Position numbers and translations under genes: made by a program. The notes under the pieces are model-generated. The model did not search any database and had not been told where the DNA came from. It saw only the letters and a list, made by a program, of their open reading frames with translations. Below are positions 56,459 through 64,000 of a stretch of 64,000 nt of DNA, one piece after another; the first letter of the stretch is position 1, and every line of letters starts with the position of its first letter. This DNA comes from Candidatus Parcubacteria bacterium (GTDB lineage: Bacteria > Patescibacteriota > Saccharimonadia > UBA4664 > JBIOIQ01), in contig OY970378.1 in the NCBI GenBank assembly GCA_963718875.1, positions 260,396 through 324,395 of the forward strand. The letters are read 5' to 3'.

Positions 56459-57514
56459 GTGACGTATCTAGTTGCTTTTCTATTAGCAGCGGCATTGAGC
56501 GGGCTTATAACACCATTTGTCAGGCGTTACGCTATACGCAAAAACATTATGGCTCGTCCAAGTGCGCGTAAAATTCATACTAGCCCGGTGCCTTACTTGG
56601 GGGGAGCAGCAATTTTTGTAGGCTTTGTGATCCCTGCTCTTATAATGTTACCTTTGCACCGGCGCTTCGTGGCTTTGATTTTGGGCATTGCCATACTGGT
56701 AGTTTTAGGTATAGCCGATGACATTCGGCCGATAAGGCCTTTGTATAAGCTAGTATGGCAAGTAGTGGCAGCCTTGGTCGTGCTGGCGGGGGGGATTGGG
56801 ATTGTTCAAATCAACAACCCGTTTGGCGGTGTTATAAACTTGTCGGAATGGCGATACGCTGTTGATTGGAACGGATTTCATTTTCATATTGCGCCGCTGG
56901 CTAATTTTTTAAGCATTTTGTGGATGGTGGGCTTAGTAAATGCTATGAATTTTTTAGACGGTCTCGATGGATTAGCGTGTGGCGTTTCGGCCATTGCGGG
57001 GCTGACGATGTTTTTACTTTCAATTGGTCCCAAGGTTAATCAACCCCAGGTAGCTTTACTAGCTATAATCATGACTGGTGCAGCTATTGGTTTTTTGCCG
57101 TTTAATTTTTACCCTGCAAAAATTTTTATGGGTGACGGAGGCGCGTATTTCTTGGGGTTAACATTGGCGCTGCTTTCCATCTATTCTGGCGGTAAGCTAG
57201 CTACGGCGGCCTTGGTATTGGGTTTTACAATTTATGATGCAGTTTGGGCCGTAGTGAGAAGGCTATACCACAAAACCTCGCCTTTTAAGCCCGACAAGGG
57301 ACACTTGCATCATCTTTTGCTTGAGGCTGGGTTTTCTCAACGTCGAGCGGTGATGACGCTTTATGCCCTGGCTTTGCTGTTTGGTATGGTGGCGGTATAC
57401 TCTGGCAGTTTTGTAAAGTTAGTTAGTTTGGTAGTGCTGTTCATAATTTTGACAACAGCAACGGCCTTTTTGACAACGCTGTCGTGGCGTAAGAGTAAAA
57501 AACTGTCTAGCTGA
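56459..57514 (+). CDS. Undecaprenyl-phosphate GlcNAc-1-P transferase (WecA/TagO, MraY family)
   Basis: PYLGG, GIADD, NAMNFLDGLDGL, IFMGDGG and HLHH motifs. Confidence 0.92.
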   Translation: MTYLVAFLLAAALSGLITPFVRRYAIRKNIMARPSARKIHTSPVPYLGGAAIFVGFVIPALIMLPLHRRFVALILGIAILVVLGIADDIRPIRPLYKLVWQVVAALVVLAGGIGIVQINNPFGGVINLSEWRYAVDWNGFHFHIAPLANFLSILWMVGLVNAMNFLDGLDGLACGVSAIAGLTMFLLSIGPKVNQPQVALLAIIMTGAAIGFLPFNFYPAKIFMGDGGAYFLGLTLALLSIYSGGKLATAALVLGFTIYDAVWAVVRRLYHKTSPFKPDKGHLHHLLLEAGFSQRRAVMTLYALALLFGMVAVYSGSFVKLVSLVVLFIILTTATAFLTTLSWRKSKKLSS

Positions 57515-57590
57515 ATCGATGTTATTCAAAAGTTGAATTTGAATTGTTGCTGCAGCCTTGCTATAATGCAACAACAAGTAAGAGGGCACT

Positions 57591-57929
57591 ATGAGTAGGA
57601 AACAGTTACAAGAACTCATCAAAAACTTACAAGAGTTTTATAAGTGCCCATCTTGTGAGACCCATTATCATTTTGACGACATAAAAGTGTTGGGTCAGAT
57701 AGATCAGTATTGTTTTGTTCAGCTAGGGTGTCACGAATGCTCAATGCCGGTGCTTGCTACAGTTTCACTGGGCGCAAAACCGGGTCGTAGGCGTGGATCT
57801 GATCTCAAGGCTAATGAGGGTGCAAAATTCGCGAGCAAAGGCTCGATTACAGCTGATGAAATTGCCGGATTCCATCGTTTCCTTTCGGAAATGCGTGGAA
57901 GCTTTGGGAAAATCAGCCGTAGCAAATAA
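57591..57929 (+). CDS. Zn-ribbon hypothetical protein
   Basis: CPSC...CHEC; ITADEI..FH.FL. Confidence 0.75.
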   Translation: MSRKQLQELIKNLQEFYKCPSCETHYHFDDIKVLGQIDQYCFVQLGCHECSMPVLATVSLGAKPGRRRGSDLKANEGAKFASKGSITADEIAGFHRFLSEMRGSFGKISRSK

Positions 57930-57975
57930 ACTAAACACTCTTACTAAACTTATAAAAAGGGCTTATAGCTAAAAA

Positions 57976-58659
57976 ATGGATAAAATTATGTTAGCTGCGA
58001 CCACACGCAGCGAATTGGGCAAACAAGTTAAAAAACTCCGAGTAACCGGTAAGGTTCCAGCTATTGTCTATGGTCATGGATCTACGCCAGAACCAATTAC
58101 GCTCGATAGTCAGGTAGTGGAAAAAGTTTATTCCCATGCTGGCAGTAATAAGATTGTAGAGCTTAAAGTTAGCGATGCAAAGGCCCAAAATGTATTGTTT
58201 TATGATGTGCAACACGACAGTCGAACTGGTGCCATAACCCATGCCGACCTATATCGAGTAAGAATGGATGAGAAAATTCGAACCGAGGTGCCTTTGCACT
58301 ACGTGGGTGAATCAACAGCGGTCTATCAGCTAGAAGGTACCTTATTGAAAAATCTAGAAACCATTGAGATTGAGGCCTTGCCGGCTGATTTGCCTGAGTC
58401 TATTGAAGTTGATATCTCGATTTTGGACGATTTTGAGAAAACTATTCACGTTCGAGATCTTATAATCCCATCTGGAGTTACACTTTTAACTGAAGAAGAA
58501 GAGCTTGTTGCCAAGGTTGAGGAGCCTCGCAGCGAAGAAGAATTGGCCGAGCTTGATGCTGAAGTTGTGGAAGAGCTACCTGAAGGCGCCGTTGAAGATA
58601 CTGAGGTGATTGTTGAGGAAAATGAGGGTGGTAAGGACAAGCAAGACAAAGGCGAGTAA
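57976..58659 (+). CDS. rplY: 50S ribosomal protein L25/Ctc
   Basis: GKVPAIVYG, HADLY, VPLHYVGES, LPESIEVDIS; acidic tail. Confidence 0.95.
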   Translation: MDKIMLAATTRSELGKQVKKLRVTGKVPAIVYGHGSTPEPITLDSQVVEKVYSHAGSNKIVELKVSDAKAQNVLFYDVQHDSRTGAITHADLYRVRMDEKIRTEVPLHYVGESTAVYQLEGTLLKNLETIEIEALPADLPESIEVDISILDDFEKTIHVRDLIIPSGVTLLTEEEELVAKVEEPRSEEELAELDAEVVEELPEGAVEDTEVIVEENEGGKDKQDKGE

Positions 58660-58663
58660 GCAC

Positions 58664-58781
58664 GTATCTCGTACTTTACGCATTACGTTGTCGAAGTCTC
58701 CAGTCCTTACTCGCCGTAGTATTGTCTACGCCTCATTCCGGGCTTCATCTTCTTCTAGTACTGCATTAAGGTACGAGATAC
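58664..58781. repeat. MITE-like element with terminal inverted repeats
   Basis: GTATCTCGTAC (58664-58674) and GTACGAGATAC (58771-58781). Confidence 0.55.
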
Positions 58782-59020
58782 TCTAGCCTTTAGCGCATCA
58801 CTGATTTGATCCAGTAAAAAAGCAGCCAAGTTGGCTGCTTTTTTGATCTTCGGAATACCAAAACTTGTCATCCTGAATGTATTTCAGGATCCACTACATA
58901 GGTTTGGAGTTATGGCCTCAGCCTGTCCGATCTGAGTGTAATCTAAAGGCAGAAGGTCTCTCGTAGCTTCAAAGTTGGCCTTCGACTACGCTCAGGCAAT
59001 AAGATTTTGACGCACAGCCG

Positions 59021-59467
59021 CTAACTGTACTTTTTAAGCTCCCGCTTTATCTCGGCGTTTGAGCTTAGTGAGGCGTGGGAGCTAAGGAAGCGCAAGAAAG
59101 CCGGCATGTGGTAGTGCTTAAGAGTGTAGAGAATAATACTTGTGACCTCAGCTTTGGATACTACTGTTTTTTGTAGATCTAGAATTTTAGCCTCAATAGT
59201 GTCTGTAACGGCCTCGACAGTGTCGGGGTCTGCTTGGTTGTGCTCAAAGCTAGCATAAATATCACTAAACAAGCGAGAACGGTTGTAGGGTCGTATGAGC
59301 CCGCTGGAGCCGCTTATGCTTAAAAACCCTAAATCTACCTGTTCGTAAGTAGTAAAGCTCTTAGAACAGCTCTGACAGCGTCTACGACGCCATATTTGGC
59401 TACCAAAGCGCGTGGCGCGGGAGTTAAAGACCTGGCTATTGCTTTCACGGCAAAAAGGACATTTCAT
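59021..59467 (-). CDS. nrdR: Transcriptional repressor NrdR
   Basis: MKCPFC...SR...WRRRRCQSCSKSFTTYE plus degenerate ATP-cone. Confidence 0.9.
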   Translation of the reverse strand: MKCPFCRESNSQVFNSRATRFGSQIWRRRRCQSCSKSFTTYEQVDLGFLSISGSSGLIRPYNRSRLFSDIYASFEHNQADPDTVEAVTDTIEAKILDLQKTVVSKAEVTSIILYTLKHYHMPAFLRFLSSHASLSSNAEIKRELKKYS

Positions 59468-59736
59468 GACAACATGTTGTCATATGACTATTAAAAAGTC
59501 GAGTGGAAAACTTTAGTGAAAATGGGGATAAAGGGGATGACATCGAGTAATTATTGATTTTAAGGTCGTTCGATACTATAATAAGCCGACGCCTTGGCTG
59601 CAAGTCGAGGGGAACCAAATCGTCACAGATCAGCCCAGCCCTGTACCGATGTATTGGTACAGGACCGATTCCTAAAGTTGGCTTAGTAACCGAAATGTCC
59701 GATTTACAACTCAACTCTCTCGAAAGGAGAGCAGCA

Positions 59737-60057
59737 ATGGATCTAGCTGTGAGATTGGGACTCGGAGTGGCCGTAACGCTTTGTGTTCTGACTTTCATCG
59801 TGAGCGTTGCAAAAATTTTCCTGGCGGACGACCCGGTGGGCGCAGACGCTGCTTTGTCAAAGGCATGCGGAAGCCTGGGGTTGAGTTTGATCTTTACCTC
59901 GGGGATCATGCTTAAGATTCATCAGTATTACTGGATGCTGATTCTGCTTGCCCTAGCCGGACTTGCTCATGGTGCATGGTGGTGTATTCGTAGGCAGCGC
60001 ATCAGGATGGGCGAAGCAACCCCGCTGCGAGAATGGTTTCGTCGCCCGACACTTTGA
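59737..60057 (+). CDS. Orphan 3-TM protein (cassette-type)
   Basis: GAAAGGAG SD inside a hairpin; leader related to 47508-47630. Confidence 0.65.
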   Translation: MDLAVRLGLGVAVTLCVLTFIVSVAKIFLADDPVGADAALSKACGSLGLSLIFTSGIMLKIHQYYWMLILLALAGLAHGAWWCIRRQRIRMGEATPLREWFRRPTL

Positions 60058-60104
60058 TACTGGCTTGATTGAAAACCTACGATCTCTTTCGAAAGGAGAG
60101 TATC

Positions 60105-60503
60105 TTGATTCCGAGCAGAGATGCTGTTGATGGCTTCATGATAGCCACGTCGTTGTTAGTGCCGTTTGTTACCTGCTTGGGGCTGGGCCTGTCCCGTCGC
60201 TTCCGGTTCGGGTTTCGGGTGGCGAGCGTAGCTGTGTTTCAGCTTGGTTGCGTTGGTGTCATTCTGTGGCTACTGACCCGGTTTGGTTGGAGTCAGACTT
60301 GGGAGGCCGCAAGACATGTCCGCCAGGTAAACGTGGTTGGGGGGTGGGTCTTGAACATATTGTTCTATATATGCCTGGCCTCACCCTTACTCTCGCTGGG
60401 TTTCTTGTGGGACTGTTTCCGGTACTCTCGAGGTCTCGCCGTTGCTCCTTTTGGCTTGAGGATTTACGTTGTCAAGCCAATCTATCGTAAAGGAGTGGTC
60501 TAG
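60105..60503 (+). CDS. Orphan 3-TM protein (cassette-type)
   Basis: GAAAGGAG SD before TTG. Confidence 0.55.
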   Translation: MIPSRDAVDGFMIATSLLVPFVTCLGLGLSRRFRFGFRVASVAVFQLGCVGVILWLLTRFGWSQTWEAARHVRQVNVVGGWVLNILFYICLASPLLSLGFLWDCFRYSRGLAVAPFGLRIYVVKPIYRKGVV

Positions 60504-60608
60504 CGTGGCAGAATGATCGAGAGTGCGCTTAGAATCGGCCTATGTCGGCTAACTAGTCCCCGTAAAATACCTTGCATTAGTGCGGGGTCCCTACGGGGAC
60601 TTCGTACT

Positions 60609-61058
60609 TTAGGACCGCGCTGCCACTAATTCATCGCTGGCCTTTGCTTGATCTTTGGACTTGGTAAGCTCCTGCTTGGCCTTGAGGTACTTTATCAATC
60701 CCCAGCTTTGCTTAATGAGTAGGGTGTAGTCATTAATGATTTCTGTTATTTGCTCGCGACTAGCAGTCTGGTGGTTTTCGAGCAGGCGAATGGTTTCTTC
60801 GGCAGCGATCCTAGCGGCGTGAAGGCATTCTAGCTTAATTACATAGCTATATCGACGATGTGTTTCGGCAATATAGTGGGCTACGGCAGCACTGGATCGG
60901 CGTAAATCATTGCCTAGGGGATAAAACTGTTCGGCCGGAATACTTTTAGCCAAATCATAAACTTGGTCTTCAAGTGACCTTGCCAACTGGTAGATCCTTA
61001 GGTGCTCTATTGAAGTATTTGTTTTGTTTGGGTTTGTTGTAGTATCTGATTGACTCAT
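60609..61058 (-). CDS. Four-helix-bundle protein (23S rRNA IVP-like)
   Basis: LRIYQLA...P.EQFY.L..DLRRSSAAV...IAE. Confidence 0.85.
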   Translation of the reverse strand: MSQSDTTTNPNKTNTSIEHLRIYQLARSLEDQVYDLAKSIPAEQFYPLGNDLRRSSAAVAHYIAETHRRYSYVIKLECLHAARIAAEETIRLLENHQTASREQITEIINDYTLLIKQSWGLIKYLKAKQELTKSKDQAKASDELVAARS

Positions 61059-61095
61059 AGTCCAATCTCCTCATTAGTTAACCCCTCCCTAAATC

Positions 61096-61125
61096 AGGAT
61101 AACCGAACAAATACCGAACTGTCAA
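61096..61125 (-). promoter_or_regulatory. TTGACA-18-TATCCT promoter whose spacer is the GTTC-N7-GTTC repeat
   Basis: Minus strand reads TTGACA GTTCGGTATTTGTTCGGT TATCCT. Confidence 0.6.
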
Positions 61126-61265
61126 GACATGAAAATGCCCGCTTTTTTCTTTCTGGATTCCCTACCCGGAGTGCCAAGCTAGGCAATGGTTGGACTTGGC
61201 TTCCGATAGGGAATGACGGATGGGGGGTTAGTGAATAAGGTGCGCGGGTGAATTAAATTGTCTAG

Positions 61266-61463
61266 CTAGCTAGGAGTCTCGTTTGGAGGTAATGGGTTTT
61301 GCAAGTCTTCTGTAAGTTTATGAACATTTTCTTGGCTTAAGCCAACACCCACATCTGTTTCTAAAGAGTCGAAATCAAGCGTTTCATGTTTGTTGTGGGT
61401 TAGTTCAATATCTTCATAAAAACTGTCGTGGTCAAAATTGTACTTGTATTGTTTTTCCACCAT
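61266..61463 (-). CDS. Small acidic hypothetical protein
   Basis: 65-aa ORF with ATG start. Confidence 0.4.
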   Translation of the reverse strand: MVEKQYKYNFDHDSFYEDIELTHNKHETLDFDSLETDVGVGLSQENVHKLTEDLQNPLPPNETPS

Positions 61464-61704
61464 ACGCTCAAAGCTTCCCTATCGTAAAAAACCTTGTTAC
61501 AAAGTCACAAATAATTTAGTCAGGGGGTATTGTATCTGGATGCTATAGATACAACAACCGCTCATGCTCACAAAAAAAAGCACTTAAAACGTACAACTAT
61601 TTGGAACATTGAGGAATACGTTCATGATTAGGCTCAATATTGAGTGGCAAAAGAATAATTGACTATTAAGCCAAAATAAGCTACTCTGATATGTAATTGC
61701 GAGG

Positions 61705-64000
61705 GTGAGAAGGAATTTTAACCTCATTCTTAGGCGTTTCAAAACATTCAAAATATTGAGTTTACTCGTTGTTGCGAGTGTTTTTTTATTTAACAACGAA
61801 ACGCGAGCTGCTGATAGGGGTTGGATAAAAACTGCCTTTTCCGGATCTTCCGTTAGTTTTGTTGGGGTTAACCCCTATCAGCAGGCAGAAGTGCTTGTGG
61901 TTGTAGATGGTAGCGCCCAATTAACCCTGGATGGAGGTATATTGTGGCGCCCAACACCAATTCCTTCCATGATTACGTCACTAGCGTTCGACCCAGTACA
62001 CCCAGATGTTATGTATGCAGGTACTCAAAGAGGAGTTTATAGAAGTACTGATCTGGGTATTAGCTGGCAGCTATTCGGGAGTTTGCAGTCTCAGGTGCTA
62101 CTTGTATCGAGTATTGCTATCAATAACGATGCTATTTTTACAACGGAATATGCTGGAACAGGTAGTGGATATCAAGAGATGTTTAAATTTGATCGTAATG
62201 GACATACGACACAATTGACATTCCCTGGTGTATTACCGCAGACGCTAACATCTGATTCAAGTACAGGAAATGTATATGTTGGAACAGTAGGTTCGCTGTA
62301 TCGTACGAAAGACAGCGGTGTTAGCTGGCAAAATGTCGCTAACGTGGGGTCGATAGGGGCTTTTACAAATAAAATTGTGGCTCAAAACGGGCAAATATGG
62401 CAAACCTCGCCAAGTGGAGTATATAAATCGGATAATTCTGGCATCTCGTGGATTAGATTGGGAGGATATCCTGAGATCGAAGAATTTTATCCAGGGCTGA
62501 ACAGTCATACTCGCGGCTTGGCTAATAATGGGGTAAATGCTTTCTTTGGTTTAAAGGAAACTTTTTCTAAAATTCATGAGGTTTACCAGCTTGGTGGAGG
62601 AGCACCTAATAGTTTAAGTTTCCCTGACTTTCCAAATGATATCGCTGCGGGCAATGAGCAGCTTTGGGTAGCAGGAGATACTGGACTTTGGCGTATCGGG
62701 GGAATAGTAAAGAATCAAGCTCAAATCAAGCGTCCGTTGGTTGTTGTACCAGGGACTTTGGGAAGCTGGAGTGTGTTAGGGAAATGGAAGCTAGATCCAA
62801 TTACTGGGACCTACAATAACCTAATGAAGGCATTAGAAGAGAAAGGTTATATAAAAGGCGTAACGCTGTTTGATTTTCCCTACAATTGGCGTGCGGATAA
62901 TAATGACTCGGCGCATTTGTTGGCCGAAAAAATAGCCGGTATTAAGTTGTCATGTCAATGTGAGGGCGTAGATGTAATAGGCCACTCTCAAGGTGGTCTG
63001 GTTGCTAGGGCTTACATTCAAAGCAATTATTATCTTAATGACGTTGCAAACTTGATTCAGCTTGGAACGCCCAATGCTGGCTCAGTTGAGGATTATTCGA
63101 TATGGGAAGCGGGGGTGAGTAGCGATCGGGACAAGTACATACGTTTAATGATGAAGCTTTTTAACATCGAATCAGTAGAGAACGGGTTCCTAAATTTAAC
63201 TACTTATATAAGAGCTAGAGTACCATCTGTAAATCAGCTCTTGCCTACGTTCAGTTATATAAAAGGTAGAGAGTACCCTGATGGTTATCCTCTCAATTCC
63301 TTTCTCGATACACTGAATGCTCCTGCTAATGTAGCTTTATTAAGAACTCGAACGAACTTATACATAGTTGGCTCTAAAAGTAAGATAACTCTTGAAGAAA
63401 TCGAAGTTGGTAGTAAGGGGGAAGGTGGTAATTGGCCTCACGGAAAAATAGTAAAAAAGATATATGGCGAAGGAGATGATACTGTTCCTTTCAAAAGCCT
63501 TGCTGCATTGTCCTCGCCAAGCTTACTAGACGACGAGGATCATGGTGGGCTAGCAAAACATCCCAATCAGATATGGATCCAGCATCTACTCGGGGATGAA
63601 GTGAAAAAATCATCTTATACTAATGATCCTAACAGGCTCATGCTCGTTTATGTGCAATCACCAGTACGAATTTCAATAACTGATCCAAATGGCCAACAAT
63701 TAAATGATGATGTTAGCCAAATAGAAGGGGCGTTCTACACTGGCTCAAATGAAATTGTGCAGTTTGCAACAATACCTCAACCGACAACTGGTCGTTACCA
63801 AATCAAGCTCACTGGTAAGTCTAGTGGTAAATACACAATTGGTGTGGCTATTTTTGACGATGAGAAAGGAGATATAGATGTACAGCAGGGTGGAGAAACG
63901 ACTTCAAGTCAAACTAACGAATATGATTTTATACTAGAAAAAAATACTTTAGAAGAACGTTCATCGCTGCCCAAGACTAATACTAGATTAGTGATGGAAA
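61705..64000 (+). CDS. Large secreted protein: BNR/Asp-box propeller plus LCAT/PGAP1-like lipase; runs off the window
   Basis: Open frame from GTG 61705; YRSTDLGISW, YRTKDSGVSW; VVVPGTLGS, FPYNWR, GHSQGG and LGTPNAGS motifs. Confidence 0.85.
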   Translation, partial: MRRNFNLILRRFKTFKILSLLVVASVFLFNNETRAADRGWIKTAFSGSSVSFVGVNPYQQAEVLVVVDGSAQLTLDGGILWRPTPIPSMITSLAFDPVHPDVMYAGTQRGVYRSTDLGISWQLFGSLQSQVLLVSSIAINNDAIFTTEYAGTGSGYQEMFKFDRNGHTTQLTFPGVLPQTLTSDSSTGNVYVGTVGSLYRTKDSGVSWQNVANVGSIGAFTNKIVAQNGQIWQTSPSGVYKSDNSGISWIRLGGYPEIEEFYPGLNSHTRGLANNGVNAFFGLKETFSKIHEVYQLGGGAPNSLSFPDFPNDIAAGNEQLWVAGDTGLWRIGGIVKNQAQIKRPLVVVPGTLGSWSVLGKWKLDPITGTYNNLMKALEEKGYIKGVTLFDFPYNWRADNNDSAHLLAEKIAGIKLSCQCEGVDVIGHSQGGLVARAYIQSNYYLNDVANLIQLGTPNAGSVEDYSIWEAGVSSDRDKYIRLMMKLFNIESVENGFLNLTTYIRARVPSVNQLLPTFSYIKGREYPDGYPLNSFLDTLNAPANVALLRTRTNLYIVGSKSKITLEEIEVGSKGEGGNWPHGKIVKKIYGEGDDTVPFKSLAALSSPSLLDDEDHGGLAKHPNQIWIQHLLGDEVKKSSYTNDPNRLMLVYVQSPVRISITDPNGQQLNDDVSQIEGAFYTGSNEIVQFATIPQPTTGRYQIKLTGKSSGKYTIGVAIFDDEKGDIDVQQGGETTSSQTNEYDFILEKNTLEERSSLPKTNTRLVME

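Noticed and set aside
60609-61058. Diversity-generating retroelement (Avd-like four-helix bundle)
   Set aside because: No reverse transcriptase in the window, and repeat pairs do not show adenine-specific mismatches.

Overview
Bacterial chromosome segment that looks like Patescibacteria/CPR, probably Saccharibacteria-like. This is inferred from gene style: leaderless core genes, pilin-like proteins, and a GT2/MraY-like/rplY/nrdR neighbourhood. Lower-GC housekeeping and accessory genes include an NDH-2-like oxidoreductase, a DinB cassette, lipid kinases, an MFS transporter, an ECF sigma pair and three tRNAs. A partial haem operon (hemC-hemD-chdC-hemE-hemH) is present, which is unexpected for CPR. 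These genes are interleaved with many short, visibly GC-richer orphan ORFs, each with a near-consensus sigma70 promoter, a strong SD and a GC-rich 3' hairpin. The main signal is an integrase-less array of about 18-21 kb downstream of tRNA-Asp (49318-49394, minus strand). It is cut into 0.5-5.6 kb modules by nine or more copies of a ~29-bp site, TGGCGGGAGCTNATTAACGATTTTCGAAC. The site shares the tRNA 3' end, and its variation is mostly synonymous in the frame WRELINDFRT. Unrelated ORFs are slotted between shared promoter/leader and hairpin modules, suggesting a tRNA-anchored gene-cassette shuffling system. Other observations are output-less sensor proteins sharing a C-terminal helix, a candidate LexA box, ~165-bp tRNA-associated mini-elements and MITE/REP insertions. 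All calls were made by eye; no database searches were run.
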